Source of the DNA: a virus
Taxonomy: Duplodnaviria > Caudoviricetes
DNA length: 64,000 nucleotides
Direction: 5' to 3' (one strand)
IMG/VR virus record: IMGVR_UViG_3300021426_000071
Coordinates: 65,023 to 129,022 of that record
Numbering within the stretch: position 1 is the stretch's first letter; the number at the start of each line of letters is the position of its first letter. This document shows positions 54,431 through 62,609 of this stretch, one piece after another. A program made the translations under genes and the position numbers. Under the pieces are notes generated by a model. It searched no databases. It saw only the letters and a program-made list of their open reading frames with translations, and had not been told where the DNA came from.

Positions 54431-54757
54431 ATGTATTCAGTAAGTGGGAATAATATTTCTTTGACTCGCGGGGATACTCTTCTTCTGACGATTGATCTTA
54501 CAAACAGTGATGGCACCCCTTATGAGGCTGCAAATGGCGATGTACTGAGATTTGCCATGAAGAGGAAGATCAAGGATGAAGAGTGTCTCATCTATAAAGA
54601 GATCCCGACAGATACATTTCTGCTGGAATTACAACCTAGCGATACAAAGGAATTGTCTTTTGGAAAATATGTATATGATATAGAACTGACTACAGCAGTC
54701 GGGCGGGTTACCACCATCGTGATCGGCAACCTGAATTTGACTGAAGAGGTGTACTGA
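54431..54757 (+). CDS. BppU N-terminal-like baseplate/adaptor protein
   Basis: I-x-L-x-RGDT...L-x-P-x-DT...G-x-Y-x-YDIEL pattern. Confidence 0.6.
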   Translation: MYSVSGNNISLTRGDTLLLTIDLTNSDGTPYEAANGDVLRFAMKRKIKDEECLIYKEIPTDTFLLELQPSDTKELSFGKYVYDIELTTAVGRVTTIVIGNLNLTEEVY

Positions 54758-54758
54758 T

Positions 54759-55067
54759 ATGGAAGTCACGCTTACAATGCACGGACAGATTACAGGGGTT
54801 GTTTCAGAGTCTGCCCCGGTATTGCATGGCACGATTTCAATTCCAACCAAAGAGGATGATGCTCCAAAAATGGATGGGACTATCACTGTTCCTAAGATAG
54901 TCACTAACGCTGATAAATATACGGGCAGCTATACGGTAGTCCCGTCCAATCATTCACAGACACTTGAAACGCGGAATCGCGTCATGACTGATAATTTAAC
55001 GATAGATGAAATACCATATTTCTCGACATCAAACGAATCGGGAACAACGGTTTATATAGGAGGATAA
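54759..55067 (+). CDS. Small virion accessory protein
   Basis: YTGSYTVVP...IPY...SN-x-x-G-x-TVYIG; coupled to its neighbours. Confidence 0.55.
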   Translation: MEVTLTMHGQITGVVSESAPVLHGTISIPTKEDDAPKMDGTITVPKIVTNADKYTGSYTVVPSNHSQTLETRNRVMTDNLTIDEIPYFSTSNESGTTVYIGG

Positions 55068-55069
55068 AC

Positions 55070-55645
55070 ATGGCTGTTAATAAAGTAATATATGCCGGAA
55101 GTACGCTGATCGATCTGACCGCCGACACAATTACCGCCGCCGATCTTGCAGAGGGAGTTACTGCCCATGATAAGTCTGGCGAGATAATTACGGGAACAAA
55201 CACATATGACAGTGATACTTCTGATGATACTGCGGCTGTAGCGGAGATTCTTGTGGGGAAAACTGCCCACGCTCGCAGGACTAAGCTGACAGGAACTATG
55301 CCGAATAACGGCAGCGTAAGCGGCTCGATCTCTACCAAGTCTGGATCGTATACTATCCCTCAGGGATATCACGATGGTTCCGGCACTGTCGGAATCTCTG
55401 CCGTAGAACAGGCAAAGATTATAGCTAACAATATCAAGAGTGGAATTGAGATCCTTGGAGTGACGGGGTCGTATGCGGGAGATGCCGTAACTGCTCAAGC
55501 AAAGACGGTTGCCCCTAGCAGCACACAGCAAGTGATTACCCCGGACACTAATTATGATTATCTCTCTCAGGTTACGGTTTCTGCAATCAGCTATGTTGAG
55601 ACACAAAACGCTGCCGGAGGTACTACCGTAACGATTGCGGGGTGA
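55070..55645 (+). CDS. Tail fibre-like accessory protein
   Basis: MAVNKV...TLIDLT-x-DT N-terminus; GTMPNNG and IPQGYHDGSG repeats. Confidence 0.65.
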   Translation: MAVNKVIYAGSTLIDLTADTITAADLAEGVTAHDKSGEIITGTNTYDSDTSDDTAAVAEILVGKTAHARRTKLTGTMPNNGSVSGSISTKSGSYTIPQGYHDGSGTVGISAVEQAKIIANNIKSGIEILGVTGSYAGDAVTAQAKTVAPSSTQQVITPDTNYDYLSQVTVSAISYVETQNAAGGTTVTIAG

Positions 55646-55649
55646 TTAA

Positions 55650-57470
55650 ATGGCAGTTAATAAAGTTGTATATGATGGCCGGACGCTGATTGATATATCG
55701 GACACGACCGCGACCGCTGATAAGATTTTATCAGGATATACGGCGTATGGAGCAGATGGAAACAAAGTAACTGGAACCGCCGAGTCTGGTGGTGTTTCTC
55801 CGCAGCCAACTGAGGAAAAGGCTGTCTTCTTTTATGATTACGAAGGGACTCTGCTGTATTCTTACACAAAGGCGGAATTCTTGGCACTGAGTGCGATGCC
55901 AGCTAATCCGTCACATACGGGTCTTGTGGCACAGGGGTGGAACTGGAGTCTTGCAAATGCAAAGACTTATATTCAGTCATATGATAAGCTGATTATTGGA
56001 CAGATGTATACTACATCCTCTGGAGATACAGAGATTGATGTATCGTTATATGAAGGACGAATTGATCCGTATTTTGGGCTTGCGGTAAAAGGAACTGTAA
56101 CAATTTACTGGGGAGACGGTTCATCCAGCAGCCTTACAGGAACGTCTCTGACAACGATCAAAAAAACTAAACATACTTATAGCGCCGTTGGTAATTACAC
56201 GATTAGCATTCACGCTGAAGGAACCAATGAATATAGTATTTATTCAAATAAATCATCTGGCCCTAGTGCATTATTATCAAGTGTATCCAGTACATCCAAT
56301 TCATCAGTAGCGAATGACAGTATAGAAGCTTATATCAAATGCATCAAGGCTGTTAGAATTGGAAATAACATTTCCACTATAGGAACGCGGGCATTTCAGG
56401 AGTGTACATGTCTCGAATATGTTAGTATGCCGGATTCCATCACAACCATAATGAGTTACGCATACATAGGTACAAATTTAAAATTCTTAACCGTACCCAA
56501 TAGTGTAACCTCTCTGCCCGCATATTGTTTTGAAGATTCGGCGAATTTAAAACGTGTATCACTCCCATGCGCTTTGACTTCAGTGGGTGGTTTTTCATTT
56601 CGCGATTGTGTGTCATTGGAAGAAATAGCCATACCAGACAATGTATCCAGCCTTGGATCTTATACATTTAATGGATGTGAATCATTAACGTCGATTAAGA
56701 TTCCTACGGCGGTTACATCTTTGGATACATATGTTTTTTACGGTTGTTCATCACTTATAGATGTCACACTCCCTGATACAATCACAAGTATAGGAGCGAA
56801 CGCCTTTTCTAAATGTGGTTTTTCTGAGCTTACTTTGCCGGAACATTTGACCAGTATTGGTAATTATATTTTCAGCAGCTGTTTATCATTGATGTCTATC
56901 ATTATTCCGGCTTCGGTTGTTTCAATTGGAGATCGTATATTTTCTGGGTGTACTAAACTGAAAAGCGTTACATTTGAAGGGGATGTCGAATCTGTTGGAG
57001 AAGGAATATTTACAGGTTGTTCATTCTTAGAATCCGTCACGCTTCCAGATACAATTACATCATTTGGTAAGGGATTATTTACAGACTGTATATCATTAAG
57101 ATCGGCTAATATACCAAGCGGAGCAGACAATGTCCCAACTGAAATGTTTTACGGATGTTCATGCTTAGATAGTATTACAATTCCAAATACTGTTACAACA
57201 ATTAATCAAAGTGCTTTTAGGAGTTGTGCATCCATTAAATCTATAGATATTCCAGAAAATGTAACTACTATTGCTACATATGCATTTTATAACTGTTATA
57301 GTTTATCCATTATCAGATTTCATGGAACAACCCCGCCAACGATTGGTGGATCTGCTTTTGCTGGATTAAAATTACCTTGTACAATATATGTTCCTGCCGG
57401 AACATTATCTGCGTATACAGGAACGACGAATATGCCTAAGAGCACAACTTATACATATGTGGAATATTAA
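55650..57470 (+). CDS. BspA-type leucine-rich repeat (TpLRR) protein with a virion-attachment N-terminus
   Basis: About 13 repeats of L-x-x-I-x-IP-x-x-V-x-x-IG-x-x-AF-x-x-C; N-terminus paralogous to 55070. Confidence 0.85.
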   Translation: MAVNKVVYDGRTLIDISDTTATADKILSGYTAYGADGNKVTGTAESGGVSPQPTEEKAVFFYDYEGTLLYSYTKAEFLALSAMPANPSHTGLVAQGWNWSLANAKTYIQSYDKLIIGQMYTTSSGDTEIDVSLYEGRIDPYFGLAVKGTVTIYWGDGSSSSLTGTSLTTIKKTKHTYSAVGNYTISIHAEGTNEYSIYSNKSSGPSALLSSVSSTSNSSVANDSIEAYIKCIKAVRIGNNISTIGTRAFQECTCLEYVSMPDSITTIMSYAYIGTNLKFLTVPNSVTSLPAYCFEDSANLKRVSLPCALTSVGGFSFRDCVSLEEIAIPDNVSSLGSYTFNGCESLTSIKIPTAVTSLDTYVFYGCSSLIDVTLPDTITSIGANAFSKCGFSELTLPEHLTSIGNYIFSSCLSLMSIIIPASVVSIGDRIFSGCTKLKSVTFEGDVESVGEGIFTGCSFLESVTLPDTITSFGKGLFTDCISLRSANIPSGADNVPTEMFYGCSCLDSITIPNTVTTINQSAFRSCASIKSIDIPENVTTIATYAFYNCYSLSIIRFHGTTPPTIGGSAFAGLKLPCTIYVPAGTLSAYTGTTNMPKSTTYTYVEY

Positions 57471-57473
57471 AAT

Positions 57474-57504
57474 AGGAGTCACCTTAAATGGTGACTCCTT
57501 TTTT
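57474..57504. terminator. Terminator between convergent late operon and integrase
   Basis: AGGAGTCACC-TTAAAT-GGTGACTCCT followed by TTTTT. Confidence 0.75.
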
Positions 57505-57508
57505 ACTT

Positions 57509-58780
57509 TTAGATCCCATTCATTATTTTAAAGGCATCTTCTGTCTGATCGGCAATGATGTGATAGTACACTCTTCTCGTAACATCCGTAGACGAGTGTC
57601 CGGCCATGCGTGAAATAACATCAATCGGGACGCCGTGCCGCAAGTAATAACTAATACCAGTGTGTCGCAGATAATGCATGGAGAATCCTTTTCTCGCGGG
57701 AGGAATAGGCTGATCTTTATACTCTTTCTTGGGATCTTTTTTCAAATTTGTCGCATACAAAATCCCATTCAGCGCCCGCCATGCCTGTGCCTCAGAGAGC
57801 GGCTTGCCGTTATCCGTGGCAAAAATCAATTCATTCTCAGATTCTGGGCGCATCCTCTTCTTATGTTCTAAAATTGCTTCTTTCGCATCGTCGGTAATCA
57901 TGACGATCCGTACCCCGTTTGCCGTCTTTGGGGTTGTCGTGACCACCTGTGTCTTTGCGTCTTCCTCCTCGCTCCGATTAATGACTCTGGATATGGACTT
58001 TGTCACCTGTAGGCGGTTGTGGTCTAAATCTAAATCCCTCCACCTGAGCGTCCTAGCCTCGCCAGATCGCAAGAAAGTCATCATTGTGAAATACAGTGCC
58101 AACCCATACTTACTTCGCCCCTGAGAGCCTGTTGCGGCTTCGTTAAACACCCAGTCCCTGAAGGTTTTAATCTCATCATCTGACAACACCATATCCTTGA
58201 GATCGTTCGACTCAAATAGATTCCTCTCCTCTACTAATTCTCCAATATCCGCCCCTTTGGTCGGCTTGGCAATCCCATTCATCGGATTTCCCGAGAGGTC
58301 TTTGGCATAAAGGAAATGAAAGAACTGATGAAGCACATCGTATGTCTTTGATATGACAGACTGGGAGTACTTCTTATCATATCGCAGATAATCCAAATGT
58401 GACCGAATATCGTCTGCGTCTACGTCGGCTGCTGGCATGATGCCGAGCCTCGTATCTTCGATCTGATTTTTAATTGTCCGCTCAATTCGATCATAAGAAG
58501 TAGCCTTAATCTTTCCAAGCTTTTCTTCCTTCAGCCACTTCTTCATCGCGTCCTGAAGCAGATCCTGTGTAATGGGTATCGTCTCAGAGAGGAATTCTTT
58601 GTCTAGCTCTTTCTCTCGGACTTTCATAAAGTTTATACACTCGTCGATGGTTTTGGCAGTAACTCCGATTCTGATCTTTGTAAATCCGTCTGGATACGTG
58701 TGTGTTTTTTCGTAACGAAACGAGTCACCTCTTTGTTGAAACGACCCCATTCCTCTTGGCATTTTTGGTAAATTTTTCAT
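57509..58780 (-). CDS. int: Phage integrase (tyrosine recombinase)
   Basis: LRSGE (R), PKT (K), HYLRHT, AGH, VYY; N-terminal arm-binding RGMGSF region; adjacent attP and xis. Confidence 0.92.
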   Translation of the reverse strand: MKNLPKMPRGMGSFQQRGDSFRYEKTHTYPDGFTKIRIGVTAKTIDECINFMKVREKELDKEFLSETIPITQDLLQDAMKKWLKEEKLGKIKATSYDRIERTIKNQIEDTRLGIMPAADVDADDIRSHLDYLRYDKKYSQSVISKTYDVLHQFFHFLYAKDLSGNPMNGIAKPTKGADIGELVEERNLFESNDLKDMVLSDDEIKTFRDWVFNEAATGSQGRSKYGLALYFTMMTFLRSGEARTLRWRDLDLDHNRLQVTKSISRVINRSEEEDAKTQVVTTTPKTANGVRIVMITDDAKEAILEHKKRMRPESENELIFATDNGKPLSEAQAWRALNGILYATNLKKDPKKEYKDQPIPPARKGFSMHYLRHTGISYYLRHGVPIDVISRMAGHSSTDVTRRVYYHIIADQTEDAFKIMNGI

Positions 58781-58789
58781 AGGGCCTCC

Positions 58790-58821
58790 TTGGCGTAAAT
58801 CTTGGCGTAAATTGGCGTAAA
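58790..58821. repeat. Integrase arm-type sites (TTGGCGTAAA x3)
   Basis: Direct repeats at 58790-58799, 58802-58811 and 58812-58821; related TTTGGCGCA x2 at 59041-59061 on the other side of the core. Confidence 0.7.
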
Positions 58822-58848
58822 AGAAAAAGTATTTTTTACTGTTTTTTA

Positions 58849-58877
58849 ATTATAACGCCTAAGAAATCCGCTGTCCA
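58849..58877 (-). promoter_or_regulatory. Sigma-A-type promoter for the integrase
   Basis: Minus strand TGGACA-N17-TATAAT. Confidence 0.7.
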
Positions 58878-58938
58878 GAGGATAGAAAAAAGAGCCAAAA
58901 ACCTTGATTTTACAGGGTTTTTAGCTCTTCGTTTTAGA

Positions 58939-58983
58939 GAGGCGACACCCGGAATCGAACCGGGGATAAGGGTTTTGCAGTCC
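58939..58983 (-). other. attP core: 3' half of tRNA-Cys(GCA)
   Basis: Minus strand GGACTGCAAAACCCTTATCCCCGGTTCGATTCCGGGTGTCGCCT gives the anticodon loop, T-arm and acceptor 3' strand with no 5' half; lies between int and xis. Confidence 0.85.
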
Positions 58984-59034
58984 AGCTTCGGGAGTCCAAA
59001 AAAGCTTGATTTTACGCGGTTTTTTGGCTTTCGA

Positions 59035-59217
59035 TCAGCGTTTGGCGCACTTTTTGGCGCAATTCAAGCACCACTTATCAAAAGTTTTTCGGTCAAATCT
59101 GATCATTCCGCCTATCTTCATCGCAGGAACTCCTCGCGTATGCGCAAGTTTATACGCCGTTGACTTGCTTATACTAAGAATTTCCATTACATCTCTAATA
59201 GTATAGTATTCTTTCAT
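59035..59217 (-). CDS. xis: Excisionase (HTH_17-like)
   Basis: YYTIRDVMEILSISKSTAYKL...P-x-x-KIG-x-x-IR pattern; adjacent to attP. Confidence 0.8.
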   Translation of the reverse strand: MKEYYTIRDVMEILSISKSTAYKLAHTRGVPAMKIGGMIRFDRKTFDKWCLNCAKKCAKR

Positions 59218-59235
59218 TGTAAAATTTTCAAGACT

Positions 59236-59559
59236 TTAATAAAGATCTTCATGTGAGTCTCTGTATTTGACCCACGCCTCCATGTCATTAATATCTCCAC
59301 CATCATCTAAAAATTGTTCAAACAATTGATTAACTCTAAACCTTGCAAATGCCAAATCTTCCGGGTCAATACTAAGATAGTCTCGCCTTGCCTGTGCCAG
59401 ATCGTCTGGTTTTAGAACCGACCATACCTTAATAGGGTCTTCTTTAGCATCATCTATTACATAAGCGGTTAATTTCAACTTAATAGTATCCTTCGGTATA
59501 GACAGAACGACCATATGCTGATCGCCAGTATACTCGTCTTTCTTCTTCATAAAGAACAA
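59236..59559 (-). CDS. Hypothetical protein
   Basis: Packed ORF in the minus-strand operon. Confidence 0.55.
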   Translation of the reverse strand: MFFMKKKDEYTGDQHMVVLSIPKDTIKLKLTAYVIDDAKEDPIKVWSVLKPDDLAQARRDYLSIDPEDLAFARFRVNQLFEQFLDDGGDINDMEAWVKYRDSHEDLY

Positions 59560-59759
59560 ATTCTCCTAATCTGCTGACTTAATTTACTAAACCGACACGC
59601 CTCATCCCACGCCTGATTCGACGTGGGATTTTCGCGACAGACGTCATTGGCAATCTCGGTCAGACGGCTCGCCACCTGTCTAAAAAGTGTTTTATCATCA
59701 GCGCCCAATTCCACCCATACCGTGCCCTCGAAATCCTTGCGAACGTGCGTGTCGTACAT
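59547..59759 (-). CDS. Hypothetical protein
   Basis: GGGGAG RBS; overlaps the downstream gene. Confidence 0.55.
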   Translation of the reverse strand: MYDTHVRKDFEGTVWVELGADDKTLFRQVASRLTEIANDVCRENPTSNQAWDEACRFSKLSQQIRRICSL

Positions 59760-59778
59760 ATATATTAAACTCCCCAGT

Positions 59779-59964
59779 TTAATGATCTAAAATTTCTGCT
59801 ATCTCTGTAATTAAATACGCTATGATTAACATTATCAGTATGATGACTGATACGCTGTTCCGATTAGTCATTTCTGCTATCAGACGCTGCACATAAGGCT
59901 GCGCAGAAGATGCCGAGGACTGCCCCGACGAATAAACCTCCGATAAACCACCACATAATACCAT
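59779..59964 (-). CDS. Small membrane protein
   Basis: AAGGAG RBS; C-terminal hydrophobic segment. Confidence 0.45.
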   Translation of the reverse strand: MVLCGGLSEVYSSGQSSASSAQPYVQRLIAEMTNRNSVSVIILIMLIIAYLITEIAEILDH

Positions 59965-59970
59965 CTCTCC

Positions 59971-60060
59971 TTACGCCAATCGTCCTCCGCTCGGGGGATC
60001 AAATAATTGTGTGATCATAATCACAACCATTAAAACCACCATAATACCAATTAACATCAT
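59971..60060 (-). CDS. Small hydrophobic peptide (29 aa, below the ORF-track cutoff)
   Basis: ATGA overlap with the upstream stop; MMLIGIMVVLMVVIMITQLFDPPSGGRLA fills the gap exactly. Confidence 0.4.
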   Translation of the reverse strand: MMLIGIMVVLMVVIMITQLFDPPSGGRLA

Positions 60061-60320
60061 TGCGGGAATCTCACCTTCATTCCAACAATATAAATCGCCC
60101 TCGTAACCATATTTCCCCTCAGGTCTCTTGCGATTCTAATCAATCCTTCTTCTTCGGCTTTTAGCAGGTATTTTCTTACTGTCTCAGTTGAATTGCACTC
60201 AAGCAAATTCTGTAACTCTCTAAATGTTGGCATATATCCATGCCTCATCCAGTATTTCTTTAAAGCAGGAACGACATCTTCAGTTGAATGTTGACTACTC
60301 CTCACTACCAATCCCCTCAA
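60057..60320 (-). CDS. LexA-like DNA-binding-domain-only protein
   Basis: Y-x-x-x-HGY-x-PT-x-RE...S-x-x-TV-x-x-Y-L-x-x-x-E-x-x-G-x-I...RAI winged HTH; no peptidase domain. Confidence 0.75.
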   Translation of the reverse strand: MRGLVVRSSQHSTEDVVPALKKYWMRHGYMPTFRELQNLLECNSTETVRKYLLKAEEEGLIRIARDLRGNMVTRAIYIVGMKVRFPQ

Positions 60321-60549
60321 AAGTGTAAATCGAATTTTCTGTAGTTACGCTAAATCCACCGTTAAAATCTTCTACATTCTCAACAAATGATGTGAGTAGG
60401 GCGAGGCCATTTCTTTCATCGGCGTACTCCGCGTACAGCCTGTTATTAGACAGGACAATCGGCTCATATGTGATACGCCCAACTCTTTCTAATTTATCCT
60501 CTCCAGTATTTTTATCTTTTACTGATATAATTTTATAAAGATGTCTCAA
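60295..60549 (-). CDS. Hypothetical protein
   Basis: Overlapping packed ORF; TS-x-V...TENSIYTF motif. Confidence 0.55.
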   Translation of the reverse strand: MRHLYKIISVKDKNTGEDKLERVGRITYEPIVLSNNRLYAEYADERNGLALLTSFVENVEDFNGGFSVTTENSIYTFEGIGSEE

Positions 60550-60959
60550 AATGACAACCCCAACTTTTCTTTAATACCTTCCAGCTGTTTCTCTACCTCT
60601 TTCATATCTGGCTTAACAGTGACCTCGATTTTATTGCCCTTATTTTGGTATGTTTCTTTAGGCAACCATTTTTTAAAGACGTCATTAAATGATCCTTTGT
60701 TTCCGAAGAATCTCTTCATCACCGCCATTGCCAATCCCTTCTCAGGATCGTATGTATCGCCCTTCTGGCATTTCACAACAGTTTTTACACCATCGCTCCA
60801 TTTAATAATCGTCGCGGGATCATGAAAGATAACATCAACAATTTTCGGAGTTATCGGTTCACCGATGAATAGCGTATATGTTGTACTATTAATCGTAGGC
60901 GCACTTTTGCCATTACTTGGGATTGTCCTTGTAACCGTATCATATAAATCCCTAAACAT
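60546..60959 (-). CDS. Conserved phage hypothetical protein
   Basis: AAGGAG RBS; VIF-x-DPATI-x-x-W-x-DG-x-KTVVKC...EKGLAMA motif. Confidence 0.65.
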   Translation of the reverse strand: MFRDLYDTVTRTIPSNGKSAPTINSTTYTLFIGEPITPKIVDVIFHDPATIIKWSDGVKTVVKCQKGDTYDPEKGLAMAVMKRFFGNKGSFNDVFKKWLPKETYQNKGNKIEVTVKPDMKEVEKQLEGIKEKLGLSF

Positions 60960-60972
60960 TATTTGTTCTCCT

Positions 60973-62133
60973 TTAATGATATTTTAGTAAGTATTCGTTA
61001 GATACTGCTTTAAATGATTTTGTCGCATCTTGAGATCTTAACACTACTCCTTCTCTCATCCCTCCATCGTATACAGATTTGCCAGTCGCATACTCAAGTA
61101 ATTCATCAACCGTATCTGGAAGAATAAAGTTCGTATCTATAATCGGAACACATGGCAGATGATAATCCATTTCAAGTATATCCTTCATAACGATTGAATT
61201 AACTCGTCCACTATCAGAGAAGATCAAGTTAAATGCTGCGAAACAATGTTCTTTCTTATCATATGTGCGCTTTTGTATTCCTTGACCGAAGATCTCGCCC
61301 TGAATCGTAACCCATTCTGCTCCCGGATGTTTCTCGAGAAGATCTCCAAGTATCTCACGCATGTTATACTTCTTTGCGATCTCCCAATAGACGTTTGTGT
61401 TGTAGTAGGCTCGCTGATTCTCGTCCTCCTGTACAACATTTCTGCTACACACATAAAAATCGGATTTGGCAAATAAGCCATGTCCACGCTTTAAAGAATA
61501 GGTTCCACTCGTTCCGTCGATCTTCTCCGTGACAATATAAGGCGTTTTATCCTCGAGCATCCACGGAGCGTTTTGACAGCGGGTTTCGTCAGTCTTAACC
61601 ACCCATTCAGGCCAGCCATTCTTCCGATCCTTCTTTCTGCCGAAGAATAGGAACATTAGCTTCTTTCCCCAGCTACGACGCATCATCCATCTCGCCCACG
61701 GCTGTTTAAAAATAATCGGATGCCGTTTTGACATTTGTTTATATTTATCTACCGAAGGGGCTTTTCTGATATTGTCTTCTGGTTCGTAATAAGTAATTCC
61801 CAAGAGATCCGTGACTCCCTGACCTTCTTTAAAGTCAGCCGGATTTAAACCAAGATCCTCAAATGACATCAACAATCCTTGAGATAACACAGTGCCTTTA
61901 AAATACTTCTGTGTTTTTACTCTATAACCTTTCGACTCTAAAAATTTAAATGATTCTGTTGCTGGTGTCTTCGAATCAATTTCGATATAGACAGCAAGAT
62001 CTCCTACTTTAAATTGATCCTTACGAACCATAACATGCCACCCAAGTACAGTGGCGTATTCAACCCTATCCGCGCCTTGTATTGGGCTGATCGATATTAT
62101 CTTTTCGACATGTGCCAATTCTCTATTGCTCAT
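60973..62133 (-). CDS. RNA ligase (DRB0094/Rnl2-like) with an N-terminal tRNA-binding-type OB fold
   Basis: Nucleotidyltransferase motifs TEKIDGT (I), QGEIFG (III), FNL (IIIa), REGVV (IV), SFKAVS (V); N-terminal PI-x-GAD...G-x-x-SQG OB fold. Confidence 0.85.
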   Translation of the reverse strand: MSNRELAHVEKIISISPIQGADRVEYATVLGWHVMVRKDQFKVGDLAVYIEIDSKTPATESFKFLESKGYRVKTQKYFKGTVLSQGLLMSFEDLGLNPADFKEGQGVTDLLGITYYEPEDNIRKAPSVDKYKQMSKRHPIIFKQPWARWMMRRSWGKKLMFLFFGRKKDRKNGWPEWVVKTDETRCQNAPWMLEDKTPYIVTEKIDGTSGTYSLKRGHGLFAKSDFYVCSRNVVQEDENQRAYYNTNVYWEIAKKYNMREILGDLLEKHPGAEWVTIQGEIFGQGIQKRTYDKKEHCFAAFNLIFSDSGRVNSIVMKDILEMDYHLPCVPIIDTNFILPDTVDELLEYATGKSVYDGGMREGVVLRSQDATKSFKAVSNEYLLKYH

Positions 62134-62296
62134 TTCTAATCTTGTCGCCCTCCTCTATTGGTTCGAAACATAAGCTGATATCATTCTCGTCAAATAACGT
62201 ATATGTTTGCCGCCTTCTATATGGTATTGCCATAAATCTATAGCATTCTTTCTTCTTATCGCATCTCTCATTTCTGCACATCGAAATATCTGGCAT
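62123..62296 (-). CDS. Small Cys-containing protein (57 aa, not in the ORF track)
   Basis: MPDISMCRNERCDKKKECYRF... fills the gap and overlaps both neighbours; GAGGAGG upstream. Confidence 0.55.
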   Translation of the reverse strand: MPDISMCRNERCDKKKECYRFMAIPYRRRQTYTLFDENDISLCFEPIEEGDKIRNEQ

Positions 62297-62525
62297 CGAA
62301 CGGACTCAGCACCTCCTCAAACTCCGCGACTTTATTCTCGTTATCCGTAATGATTGTCGCATTAATATTTGGCGATACGCTTATCATTGAAACTCCCATG
62401 ATACTCTTGCCGTTTACAATATACCGCCCATCGGTTACGTCTATCTCCTCTGAGAATTGTTCGCACAGGCGGACAAACTGTGCGATCTCCTTCATGTTTT
62501 CAAATTTTACCCTCAATATCCTCAC
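62268..62525 (-). CDS. HPr-family protein lacking His15
   Basis: FV-x-x-C-x-x-F...GRY-x-V-N-G-K-S-I-M-G (Ser46 motif); the protein contains no His; AAGGAG RBS. Confidence 0.8.
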   Translation of the reverse strand: MRILRVKFENMKEIAQFVRLCEQFSEEIDVTDGRYIVNGKSIMGVSMISVSPNINATIITDNENKVAEFEEVLSPFDARYFDVQK

Positions 62526-62548
62526 TCCTTTCTTTATATTTTAGGTAA

Positions 62549-62606
62549 AATCCGAGGTCGGATTCGAACCGACATTGAGATGTTTTACCAGTTAAACTAC
62601 TCGGAC
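62549..62606 (-). ncRNA. tRNA-like RNA lacking the anticodon arm (58 nt)
   Basis: GTCCGAG-TA-GTTT AACTGGTA AAAC-ATCTCAAT-GTCGG TTCGAAT CCGAC-CTCGGAT-T. Confidence 0.75.
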
Positions 62607-62609
62607 TCT

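Noticed and set aside
33882-57470. Diversity-generating retroelement or invertible shufflon acting on the fibres
   Set aside because: No reverse transcriptase, no adenine-variant TR/VR pair and no reverse-oriented alternative C-termini were seen in this window. The repeat near 41120-41240/41450-41560 is an ordinary diverged protein repeat.
58939-58983. Functional tRNA-Cys gene
   Set aside because: The 5' half (acceptor 5' strand and D-arm) is absent; the position between int and xis indicates attP.
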